Shown here in pieces: positions 6,570 to 15,341 of a stretch of DNA of 16,527 bases. Made by a program: the position numbers and the translations under genes. The stretch is from the NCBI GenBank assembly GCA_040752695.1, contig JBFMGO010000126.1, positions 1 to 16,527 on the forward strand. Reading direction: 5' to 3'. The notes under the pieces were generated by a model. The model saw nothing but the letters and a program-made list of their open reading frames with translations. It did not search any database and was not told the DNA's origin. This stretch comes from a bacterium. Lineage in GTDB: Bacteria > SZUA-182 > DTGQ01. Numbering within the stretch: the stretch's first letter is position 1; the number at the start of each line of letters is the position of its first letter.

Positions 6570-8303
6570 ATGATTAAAGTAGCTGTAGCAGGGGCAGGTT
6601 ATTGGGGAAAGAATCTGGTACGGAATTTTTATGAACTTGGCGTATTAAAGTCAGTCTGCGATAGACAGCAGGGCTTAAGCCAGCAATACCTGAAATACCC
6701 CGGCCTTATCTTTACTGACGATCTCCAGTCAATTATGGATGATCAGGAATTAGCGGCTGTGGTCATTGCCACGCCAGCACAGACCCATTATTCCCTGGTT
6801 CGTCAGGCCCTTCTTGCGGGTAAGCATGTTTTTGTGGAAAAACCTCTGGCCCTGGATGTAGCCCATGGCGAGGAGTTAGTCTTACTAGCTGCCCAAAAGG
6901 GGCTGATTCTCATGGTTGGGCATATCCTTCAGTATCATCCGGCTGTTCTGAAGCTTAAGCAGCTTATCGACCAGGGAGAGCTGGGCCAGATCGGGTATGT
7001 TTATTCCAACAGGCTCAACATGAGTACAAACCGATCCGAGGAGAATATTCTCTTTAGCTTTGCTCCTCATGATATCTCTGCCATTCTTATGCTCTTGAAC
7101 GAATTACCGGTGAGCATCCAGGTCAGCGGAGGGGAATACCTGCAAAAGAAGGTGACGAATGTGACGTTTACCTTTATGCAGTTTAATAGTGGCGTCGATG
7201 CACACATTTTTGTCAATTGGCTTCATCCCTACAAGGAACAAAAGCTGATAGTTATCGGTGATAGGCAAATGGCTGTCTTTGATGATATCAGTGAGGAGAA
7301 ACTTTTCCTATACCCTCACACTATCGAATGGAAAGATAGACTGCCTGTAGCCAGCAAGGTCCAGGCCATGCCTGTTCCCTTCCAGATGGAAGAGCCTTTA
7401 CGTGCCGAATGCCAGCACTTTTTGACCTGCATCCAGGAGAAAAAGCAGCCTCGCACCAATGGCCAGGAGGGCTTACGGGTTCTCAGGGTACTTCAGGCCT
7501 GCCAGAAATCCCTTGACCATCAGGGAGAGAAAATTGCCATTGCGGGTCAGTCGACCCGATTGAATTCGATTTCAGGAACGTTTTCAGTCTCTTATATCCA
7601 TCCCACGGTGGAAATTGATAAAGGGTGCATTATCGGGGAGGGAACAACGATCTGGCATTTTTCCCATGTTATGAAGGAAAGTATCATTGGCCGCGACTGC
7701 CGTATAGGTCAGTATGTGGTCATCGGTCCTAAAGTCACTATCGGAAATGGATGCAAGATCCAAAACAACGTCTCGATCTATGAAGGGGTAACCCTGGAAG
7801 ATGATGTCTTTTGCGGCACCTCCATGGTCTTCACCAATGTTTTTAATCCCAGGGCAGACATGCCCGGGATGGGTGAATTACGTCCTACTCTGATCAAAAG
7901 GGGTGCTACCATCGGCGCCAATGCCACTATCATCTGTGGCCATACAATCGGCCAATACGCCTTTATCGGCGCTGGTGCGGTGGTGACTCACGATGTTCCG
8001 GATCATGCACTGATGGTAGGGAACCCGGCCAGAATCGCTGGCTGGATGTGCACCTGTGGTAATAAGATAAAGGTAGGGGGGCAGGAGGGGCACTGCCCGA
8101 TCTGCAAAAAAGTATATATCATGGATAATGGCCGGATCAGGGGGAACCCAAAGTTAAGTCCTGAGGCAGGACCTAAGGGAAGTCCTGAGAGAAATCCTGA
8201 AGTAAGTCCTGAAGTAAGTCCTGGAATAACAATAGAAACCCTTTTCAGCGATTCTGAAATTGACCAGCCTGCGAACAAAGAATCCACCTCAAAGAGGTAC
8301 TGA
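6570..8303 (+). CDS. Fusion of a Gfo/Idh/MocA oxidoreductase (WbpB/WlbA-like) and a hexapeptide-repeat N-acetyltransferase (WbpD/WlbB-like), 2,3-diacetamido-uronic acid pathway
   Basis: N-half has GAGYWG, HVFVEKP and FAPHD. C-half has YIHPT...IWHFSHV...IGQ...KIQNNVSIYEGVTLED...MVFTNVFNPR...IGANATIICG...GNPAR and a Cys motif WMCTCG...CPIC. Confidence 0.88.
   Translation: MIKVAVAGAGYWGKNLVRNFYELGVLKSVCDRQQGLSQQYLKYPGLIFTDDLQSIMDDQELAAVVIATPAQTHYSLVRQALLAGKHVFVEKPLALDVAHGEELVLLAAQKGLILMVGHILQYHPAVLKLKQLIDQGELGQIGYVYSNRLNMSTNRSEENILFSFAPHDISAILMLLNELPVSIQVSGGEYLQKKVTNVTFTFMQFNSGVDAHIFVNWLHPYKEQKLIVIGDRQMAVFDDISEEKLFLYPHTIEWKDRLPVASKVQAMPVPFQMEEPLRAECQHFLTCIQEKKQPRTNGQEGLRVLRVLQACQKSLDHQGEKIAIAGQSTRLNSISGTFSVSYIHPTVEIDKGCIIGEGTTIWHFSHVMKESIIGRDCRIGQYVVIGPKVTIGNGCKIQNNVSIYEGVTLEDDVFCGTSMVFTNVFNPRADMPGMGELRPTLIKRGATIGANATIICGHTIGQYAFIGAGAVVTHDVPDHALMVGNPARIAGWMCTCGNKIKVGGQEGHCPICKKVYIMDNGRIRGNPKLSPEAGPKGSPERNPEVSPEVSPGITIETLFSDSEIDQPANKESTSKRY
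8148..8231 (+). repeat. Seven degenerate in-frame 12-bp tandem repeats (consensus about CCTGARGTAAGT) encoding P-x-x-S-type tetrapeptides
   Basis: ccaaagttaagt|cctgaggcagga|cctaagggaagt|cctgagagaaat|cctgaagtaagt|cctgaagtaagt|cctggaataaca, translating PKLS PEAG PKGS PERN PEVS PEVS PGIT. Confidence 0.85.
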
Positions 8304-8428
8304 CATCTACTAGCCAGTCCCCGTCCACCTTCAGGAATGCTTTCCCACGTTATTAGGATACAGGGGAGGGGATTCCTTCAGAACGTAACCAATTATCTGA
8401 AAAAATACATGAGTAGAGGAGAATAGTC

Positions 8429-9784
8429 CTGGTAGCGCGTGATTCACTGATAGCTTTATTAGCCCGCCTATCAATGTTCGCGACCGCATTTGTCGGAAAT
8501 ATGATCCTGGCCCGGTGTCTTGGTGCGTCAGGAATGGGAATCTGGTCAATTATGGTCACTTTTCTGTCAATGATACTCCTCGTGTGCGGACCAGGTATTG
8601 CCTCGGCAAACGTATATTACGTTGCCCAGGGAAAACATACGGCTGGAGAGTCCTGGGCTGTAACGCTGCTGTTAGGCACCGGATTCGGAATAGTGGGGGT
8701 ATGTACGGGGAAGGTCTTGCTTTGGCTCAGATTTAAGAGCATAGCAGGGATTGAAGATCAGAGGTTGATTTTACTTCTTCTTCTATCCCTTCCTCTGCTT
8801 TATATAACAGATTGGGGATATAAAATTATCCTTGGGATGGACCGCATCGGATTAATGAACCTCTTAGGTTTAATTTCTAATATTTTTCACCTGGGCTTAA
8901 TAATACTGTTCGTCGAAATTATGAAGATCGGGTTATGGGGAGTGGTAACTGCTTATCTTGGCATGTATCTTTCCTCTACCCTGATGCTGATAGTAACATT
9001 CCTCATACTCATGCGACCAAAGGAATTTCGGCTGAGATGGAAAACGATACAATTGGATGTCGTGTATGGAGTGAAGATATACTTCGGTAAATTGTCGGAG
9101 TGGACCAATAACCGTATCGACCTGCTCATAGCACCATTATTTTTAGACAGCAAACAGATCGGTCTTTATGCTGTTGTAGTAGCGGTCACTGAGAAATTAT
9201 GGCTTATTCCCAGCGCGATATCTCAGGCTGTTTTTCCCAAGATATCAGCGGACATAAAAGGGCGGCCTGAATTGGTAGGGCGGGCATGTCGAACCTCCAT
9301 AATCATTATGCTTCCGATTATGCTTTTATTGATCGCTGGAGGATGGTGGGTGATACCTGCCTTATTTGGCAGTGAATTTCAAGGATCTTATCTGCCCATG
9401 CTCGCTATCCTGCCGGGCATCTTTATGCTTGGGATCAGCCAAATATTATCAGCCAGCCTGGCTGCGACCAACCATCCCGCAACGATATCTGCCGTTGTTA
9501 CGGTTGCCTCTGTAATCAATGTGATTTTGAATTTCTTACTCATCCCACGTATGGGAATTACCGGATGTTCGCTGGCCAGCACTGGTTCTTACACATTTCA
9601 GGCTGTGGCATTGCTTTGGTATTACTGCCAGTATACAGGTGTGCGCCCCGTATCGCTGATAAGAGTCCAATTCAGTGACCTGTTAATCTTGCTGAAACAA
9701 AGCAGGCAAATAATTGCTAATGGTTCGTATGAGAGGCAAGAATCTCTTCGCTTCAAATTATTTAATAAAATCTGCTCTCGATAG
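8429..9784 (+). CDS. wzx: Wzx-type polysaccharide flippase (MOP superfamily)
   Basis: Many TM segments, with motifs ILARCLGASGMG, RIDLLIAPLFL...IGLYAVV, AVFPKIS, LFGSEF and LNFLLIPRMGITG. The ORF track starts at ATG 8474, but the frame is open from 8417 and CTG 8429 lies 7 nt after AGGAG. The start is uncertain. Confidence 0.88.
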   Translation: MVARDSLIALLARLSMFATAFVGNMILARCLGASGMGIWSIMVTFLSMILLVCGPGIASANVYYVAQGKHTAGESWAVTLLLGTGFGIVGVCTGKVLLWLRFKSIAGIEDQRLILLLLLSLPLLYITDWGYKIILGMDRIGLMNLLGLISNIFHLGLIILFVEIMKIGLWGVVTAYLGMYLSSTLMLIVTFLILMRPKEFRLRWKTIQLDVVYGVKIYFGKLSEWTNNRIDLLIAPLFLDSKQIGLYAVVVAVTEKLWLIPSAISQAVFPKISADIKGRPELVGRACRTSIIIMLPIMLLLIAGGWWVIPALFGSEFQGSYLPMLAILPGIFMLGISQILSASLAATNHPATISAVVTVASVINVILNFLLIPRMGITGCSLASTGSYTFQAVALLWYYCQYTGVRPVSLIRVQFSDLLILLKQSRQIIANGSYERQESLRFKLFNKICSR

Positions 9785-9874
9785 AGAGGAATGGATCACT
9801 TTTGTACATGAAACATATGGTCCAGTTAAAGGAAAAGTAAAAAACAACCGGATTGTATTAACCCAAAAAATATT

Positions 9875-10969
9875 ATGATTAGTACATACCTGACTACTCT
9901 TTATTTTGTAAGCCTCGTGACAGCTCAGATCAAGGGAGGACCAGGCCATTTACCTGTAGTTTTTATATCATATCTATGCATAATACATCTCATATTCTGT
10001 AAGGAGCAGATTAACTTAGACAGGGATACGTCAATACCGCAACTCATTCTCATTTTAGCTGCCATATTGTCTCTCACTTTTCACTTCAATATAAAATGTT
10101 TGACATACATAATTGGATTCATCATAAATATCATTATTTATAATAATTTATTCAAACAAATTTCATTAAAACACTTTCAAATAGTATTTTTCTGCCTATT
10201 ATTAACGATATTTTATCCGGCCTATAATGGAAACCAATTATCTTCCATATACGGAAACTCCAATTCGCTGGGAATTATTTTATTATGTTTATTATATTTG
10301 TTATTTTTACTTTATAAAAATAACTATTTTATCCTCTTTATCTGCATCGTATTATCTTATGTCTTATTCCTTACAGGAAATAGATCCGGGATAATTAGCT
10401 TTGCTACTTTTTTTATTTTTTATTTTATTTATAAAAAATTTGGTAAAATATATACTTATATATTATTTTTAGTATTTTTAGTCGGTATAATTTCCTATTT
10501 AACTTATTGTGCATTTGCTACTAAAAATTTACTATATCAACTAAATATTACCTTTTACCAAAGAAATTTTCTCTACGCCTCCCAAAGAGATACGATCATT
10601 AAACATACAATTCCCAATATCGTAAAGAAACCATTCGGCTTAGGATTTGGTTTTAGTAGTAAAGATGCTATGCAAGGGTTGGGAGTAGATGTGACATCTC
10701 CCCACAATGCTTATTTAAAAATGGCCTTGGAAGGGGGCTGGCTCTTTCTTATTGCGTATATCTTACTCATTTTACAGGCATTGAGAAAAGCTGAGAATCC
10801 CGTAACAGTATCAATGCTCATTGCATTCAATATAAGGGTATTTTTTGATATAGCAACTCCTTTTGGGTATAGCATTATTTCTGCTTTGCTAATCGCGCCT
10901 TATTATATTGAAAAAGGCCTGAAACATCAAAAACACTTTAACCGACTGAAAATGAGATCTTTGCCTTGA
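9875..10969 (+). CDS. wzy: Wzy-like polymerase / O-antigen ligase family membrane protein
   Basis: Very AT-rich and highly hydrophobic. Motifs GNSNSLG, LTGNRSG, PFGLGFG and PHNAYLKMALEGG are typical of the Wzy_C/O-antigen ligase family. It lies next to wzx. Confidence 0.75.
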   Translation: MISTYLTTLYFVSLVTAQIKGGPGHLPVVFISYLCIIHLIFCKEQINLDRDTSIPQLILILAAILSLTFHFNIKCLTYIIGFIINIIIYNNLFKQISLKHFQIVFFCLLLTIFYPAYNGNQLSSIYGNSNSLGIILLCLLYLLFLLYKNNYFILFICIVLSYVLFLTGNRSGIISFATFFIFYFIYKKFGKIYTYILFLVFLVGIISYLTYCAFATKNLLYQLNITFYQRNFLYASQRDTIIKHTIPNIVKKPFGLGFGFSSKDAMQGLGVDVTSPHNAYLKMALEGGWLFLIAYILLILQALRKAENPVTVSMLIAFNIRVFFDIATPFGYSIISALLIAPYYIEKGLKHQKHFNRLKMRSLP

Positions 10970-11156
10970 GCCATCGATCAGCCCGATGCAGGTACCTTGC
11001 TATAGCCGGTTCGTAAACAATAAGACAATTGAGCCTTGGCATTTTTTAAGACAGGCTCTCATCAGAGAGAGGACAAAGGGGTGTTAAAATGGATATTTGG
11101 GTAAAAATAGTCAAGGTTGCCTTCTCAATTATGGATGGCATAGTAAGTGAACGGCA

Positions 11157-12323
11157 ATGAAACCGGTTATCTGTTTACTTGCCTCTGCGAAAAACATACA
11201 TACTGTTAGATGGGCAGCATCTTTAGCTGAGCGTGGGTATGATGTCCACATTGTATCATTTGTAGATAACACTATACCTGGTATTCGGGTTCACTGTTTG
11301 GCTTCCGACTTCAATATACGTGGCAACGGGTTTTATAAGATCGTTTATTGTTTCAAAGAAATCAGACAGCTGAGGAGGATTATCGCTGATTTGAAACCCG
11401 CTATCCTTCATGCTCACTACATCACGAGTTATGGCCTGCTTGGCGCTTTGACGAGGTTTTATCCTTTTGTTGGTTCTCTTTGGGGTTCTGATGTCTTTGA
11501 ATTTCCAAATAGATCACCCTTTCACAGGATGATGATTAAATTTGTTCTGAGTCGTTGTGACTACCTTTGTGCAACCAGTTGGGCTTTGAAAAATGAGGCG
11601 GAAAAATACACGAAAAAGGAAATAACATTGACTCCATTTGGTGTTGACTGCCAAAAACTTAAACCTGTGCTGCCTGGAAACTGTGATGATGCGTTTTGTA
11701 TAGGAACAATTAAATCTCTCGAAGATTGCTATGGTATAGACATTCTGATTGATGCATTCGGAGTGTTAGTAAACCGAAATAGAGGGAAAAAACTCAAACT
11801 GATGATAGTTGGAGAGGGATCTTTGAGGAAAACCCTTGAGGAGATGGCCAAAAATCTTGGCTTAGCAGATAAGGTAAAATTTATCGGCAAAGTGGAGCAT
11901 AGTTTAGTTCCCGCATATCTGAATCAGATCGATGTGTTTGTGGCGCTTTCAAGACGTGAGAGTTTTGGGGTTGCCGTCCTTGAAGCATCAGCCTGCGGTA
12001 TCCCTGTTGTAGTATCAAATGTGGGTGGGCTCCCTGAAGTTGTAGAGGATGGACATACTGGAATTATCGTACCTCCTGATGATAGGAATGCAGCAGCCAT
12101 AGCTTTAGAAAAAATCATGTTAAACAGCCAATTACGACTTAACCTGGGTGCTGCGGGGAGAGAATTTGTTCTAAAAAAGTATGATTGGAATAGTAACGTT
12201 ACACAAATGGTAAAACTCTATAATGAAATCCTTAAGGTCTACCCGAGAACTAACAGTCAGCACAAGTACCTATTACAAAATAGGTATCCATTGAAAAAAT
12301 CCCCCCCTGAGTCTGGCCGATAA
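11157..12323 (+). CDS. GT4 family (GT-B) glycosyltransferase
   Basis: HAHYITSYG, WGSDV, PFGVD, and the EX7E motif ESFGVAVLE followed by ASACGIPVVVSNVGGLPEVV. Confidence 0.92.
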   Translation: MKPVICLLASAKNIHTVRWAASLAERGYDVHIVSFVDNTIPGIRVHCLASDFNIRGNGFYKIVYCFKEIRQLRRIIADLKPAILHAHYITSYGLLGALTRFYPFVGSLWGSDVFEFPNRSPFHRMMIKFVLSRCDYLCATSWALKNEAEKYTKKEITLTPFGVDCQKLKPVLPGNCDDAFCIGTIKSLEDCYGIDILIDAFGVLVNRNRGKKLKLMIVGEGSLRKTLEEMAKNLGLADKVKFIGKVEHSLVPAYLNQIDVFVALSRRESFGVAVLEASACGIPVVVSNVGGLPEVVEDGHTGIIVPPDDRNAAAIALEKIMLNSQLRLNLGAAGREFVLKKYDWNSNVTQMVKLYNEILKVYPRTNSQHKYLLQNRYPLKKSPPESGR

Positions 12324-12447
12324 CTCACTTCGGATCAAGGGACAATCGTGGCAGGCCCCGGATCTCATTTCAGCCATGCTCTGCCGGGCTAATCATCAGC
12401 CGTACTTTTCAGGCAGGTGAAGGTGAAGACAAAATGGAGATATTCTC

Positions 12448-13671
12448 ATGAACACTTTACTTATACATCAGGCATTTGCTTCTCCGAAAGATGCAGGAGG
12501 AACACGTCACTTTGAACTGGGCCGGTATCTCGTTGGAACTGGAGACCGGTTCACTATTATAGCCAGCGATCTCAGCTACCTGACCGGAAAACGAAAGGTT
12601 GAAGACAAAAAAGCAGTGGCAAAACAGAATATCAGCGGCGTTGATATCTTGCGGGCGTATACCTATCCCTCATTGCACCGAAGCTTCTCCTGGAGGGTGG
12701 TTTCTTTTCTCAGCTTTATGGGCACTTCATTGCTGGCTGCACTGTCAGAAAAGGATGTGGATCTGGTCATGGGCACTACACCCCCAATTTTTCAGGCAGG
12801 CTCAGCCTGGCTGGTTGCCACATTACGCAGGCGTCCTTTCCTGCTGGAGATTCGTGATCTGTGGCCCGAGTTTGCTATTGCCCTTGGCATATTGACTAAT
12901 CCGCTGCTTATCAAGCTTTCCCGCTGGTTTGAGATTTTCCTGTACAGTCAGGCCACACATCTTTTGGTCAACTCACCAGCCTATCGGGACTATCTTATCA
13001 GCAAGGGAGTGCCAGAGAGTAAAATCACCCTGATCCCCAACGGAGTCGATGCCACGATGTTCGATCCTGAGGCCGCAGGGGAGCATATCAGGGAGAAGTA
13101 CAACCTCAATGGCAAGTTTGTGGTCACCTATGCAGGCGCCCTTGGTATGGCCAATGATATAGATACCCTTTTGCACGCTGCGGTACACCTGCAAAATGAA
13201 CCGGACATTCATTTCCTCCTGGCGGGCGATGGCAAAGAGCGGGGCCGGCTGGAGGCAGCAGCTAGGAAGCTATGCCCTTCGCAGGTGACTTTTACCGGCC
13301 CTTTTCCAAAAGATGAAATGAGGAATGTTCTTGCCGCTTCAAACGCCTGTGTAGCCACACTCAAAGACATTCCTAGTTTTCGCACCACGTATCCCAATAA
13401 GGTTTTCGATTATATGGCGGCTGGCCGTCCTATTGTGTTGGGTATCGACGGAGTGATCCGCCAGGTAGTAGCGGATGCCAAGGCTGGCATATTCGTGCAG
13501 CCGGGAGATGGCGCTGCACTGGCTGATGCGGTGCGGAACCTCTACAGGAATCCTGAGCAGGCTGCCTCCATGGGCATGGCCGGCAGGCTTTACGTAATGG
13601 AGCATTTCAACCGCTCCAAACATGCAGAGGATTTTGCACGGCTTGTTCGGAGACTGGCTCAGGTGCGATAG
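12448..13671 (+). CDS. GT4 family glycosyltransferase, WbuB-like
   Basis: GGTRH, TTPPIF, LEIRDLWPE, IPNGVD, YAGALGMAN and PNKVFDYMAAGRP. SD GGAG lies upstream. Confidence 0.9.
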   Translation: MNTLLIHQAFASPKDAGGTRHFELGRYLVGTGDRFTIIASDLSYLTGKRKVEDKKAVAKQNISGVDILRAYTYPSLHRSFSWRVVSFLSFMGTSLLAALSEKDVDLVMGTTPPIFQAGSAWLVATLRRRPFLLEIRDLWPEFAIALGILTNPLLIKLSRWFEIFLYSQATHLLVNSPAYRDYLISKGVPESKITLIPNGVDATMFDPEAAGEHIREKYNLNGKFVVTYAGALGMANDIDTLLHAAVHLQNEPDIHFLLAGDGKERGRLEAAARKLCPSQVTFTGPFPKDEMRNVLAASNACVATLKDIPSFRTTYPNKVFDYMAAGRPIVLGIDGVIRQVVADAKAGIFVQPGDGAALADAVRNLYRNPEQAASMGMAGRLYVMEHFNRSKHAEDFARLVRRLAQVR

Positions 13672-13750
13672 CCTAAACCAGTTGTTGCCAGGAGGCTGTC
13701 AAACAGAGAACTGATGGAGAGATGATAACCCGATGGTCGTTATCCCATCG

Positions 13751-13772
13751 CGTCATTCCCGTGAGGCGGAAA
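13751..13772 (+). repeat. Degenerate REP-like half element
   Basis: CGTCATTCCCGTGAGGCGGAAA shares CGTCATTCC with 4624 and CGTCATTC with the reverse complement of 54-61. Confidence 0.45.
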
Positions 13773-13880
13773 GAGCCTCTATGAGCTGCTCCTGTTACCT
13801 TTTGGGGGTTCGATTGATAACCTGCTGGCAGCTCTTATGCTCATGTGCGGCTCACGCAACAGTCAGGAGGTAATTATTCG

Positions 13881-14480
13881 ATGTATCGTAAATCTGGAAA
13901 GCGGATGCTCGATCTGTCTCTTGCCATACCATCATTATTTCTCCTTTCTCCATTACTAGCGTTATTGGCGATACTTGTCTGTATAAAACATGGGGCACCT
14001 GTTCTTTTCTTTCAACAACGACCTGGATTGAACGGGCAGCCTTTCAAGCTGTATAAATTTCGAACCATGACAGATGCTCGCGATGCCAAGGGCAACTTAT
14101 TGCCTGACGAGAAACGGTTATCCCCCTTTGGCCAATTCCTGCGCAGTACCAGTCTTGATGAATTGCCTGAATTATTTAATATTATCAAAGGGGACATGAG
14201 CCTTGTCGGGCCACGGCCGCTGCTTATGGCTTATCTTGACCGCTATACTCCCGAACAGGCGAGAAGACATGAGATTAAGCCGGGTATCACTGGCTGGGCA
14301 CAGATCAATGGTCGCAATTCCATCCGCTGGGAGGAAAAGTTCAAGTTTGATGTATGGTATGTAGACAACTATTCCCTATGGTTAGACCTGAAGATTATCG
14401 CCATGACTGTCGGGAAGATTCTCAAACGTGAGGGCATCAGTCAAGCTGGGCACGCCACGATGGAGGAGTTTAAAGGGTAA
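13881..14480 (+). CDS. pglC: Monotopic phosphoglycosyl transferase (Bac_transf; PglC/EpsL-like initiating transferase)
   Basis: KRMLD, a hydrophobic helix with LLSP, QQRPG...YKFRTM, RSTSLDELP, GDMSLVGPRP and KPGITGWAQINGRN. ATG 13881 follows AGGAGG (13865-13870) and is preferred over GTG 13845. Confidence 0.9.
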   Translation: MYRKSGKRMLDLSLAIPSLFLLSPLLALLAILVCIKHGAPVLFFQQRPGLNGQPFKLYKFRTMTDARDAKGNLLPDEKRLSPFGQFLRSTSLDELPELFNIIKGDMSLVGPRPLLMAYLDRYTPEQARRHEIKPGITGWAQINGRNSIRWEEKFKFDVWYVDNYSLWLDLKIIAMTVGKILKREGISQAGHATMEEFKG

Positions 14481-14572
14481 TAAACGGTTGTCCATATCAT
14501 TTATCCGTGCAGATAGAGCAATGGAAAAATGGATTTTTTCGAACAGCCATACAGCAGACAATGGAAGTATAA

Positions 14573-15214
14573 ATGCAACAAATTGTTGTTATTGGAGCAG
14601 GTGGTTTTGGCATTGAAACAGCCTTTTTGATAGAGGAAATCAACCGGGCCGAATCTCAATGGGATTTGTTAGGTTTCTTAGATGAAGATACCGGCAAACA
14701 TGGCAGACGGTTCAATGGTTACTCCGTACTGGGGAACCTGGATTGGTGTAAGGACAATCCCAAGGTAGCTGTAGCATGTGGGATCGGTAATCCCCTGGCC
14801 AGGAAAAGGATAAGGGATATTCTGAGGCAATCCGGTGTCCAGTTCCCGAATCTTATCCATCCAGGTGTTATCTGCTATTCAGGTAACGTTTTTGGTGTTG
14901 GAAACATCGTGAATCCCGGAAATATCCTTAATGTCAATGTAAGTATCGGCAATCACGTTTGTTTGGAATCAGCTTCTCTTATCGGGCATGAAGTGATAAT
15001 CGAGGATCTGGTAAGTATCATGCCCGGTGTAAAAGTGTCGGGGAATGTAGTACTGGAAGAAGGATGCTACCTGGGAACAGGGTGTACTATTATTCAGGGA
15101 AAGCACATTGGCAGATGGGCAACGGTGGGTGCCGGTGCCGTAGTCATAGAAAATGTACCACCCTACTCAACCGTCGTTGGCGTACCGGCAAAGATAATCA
15201 AAAACCAAAGTTAA
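14573..15214 (+). CDS. PglD/NeuD/EpsM-family sugar acetyltransferase
   Basis: GAGGFG, GFLDE, GIGNP, LIHP, hexapeptide repeats with IGHE, and VVGVPAK. Confidence 0.9.
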   Translation: MQQIVVIGAGGFGIETAFLIEEINRAESQWDLLGFLDEDTGKHGRRFNGYSVLGNLDWCKDNPKVAVACGIGNPLARKRIRDILRQSGVQFPNLIHPGVICYSGNVFGVGNIVNPGNILNVNVSIGNHVCLESASLIGHEVIIEDLVSIMPGVKVSGNVVLEEGCYLGTGCTIIQGKHIGRWATVGAGAVVIENVPPYSTVVGVPAKIIKNQS

Positions 15215-15341
15215 TCACCTGACCACATAAGATGCACCATCGTAGCAGCCAGGCGCATACAAAAACGGCTTCTACTGCAATAGATAATAACTGGCATGGT
15301 ATTGAATATACGTTATATTGAATAAATATAAAGGAGATGTA

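Noticed and set aside
8148..8231. Repeat considered as a CRISPR array
   Set aside because: The 12-bp units are contiguous and in frame, with no spacers and no cas genes.
8428..8441. ops/JUMPstart-like GGTAGCG
   Set aside because: It lacks the GGC prefix of GGCGGTAG and lies mid-locus, within the probable wzx coding start.
9791..9874. Possible upstream start or frameshift for wzy at ATG 9791
   Set aside because: There are in-frame stops at 9809 and 9827, and the other frames also terminate, so no single indel rescues it.
15292..15306. Sigma-54-like TGGCATGGTATTGAA
   Set aside because: The spacing is one base short of GG-N10-GC and the -12 GC is absent.
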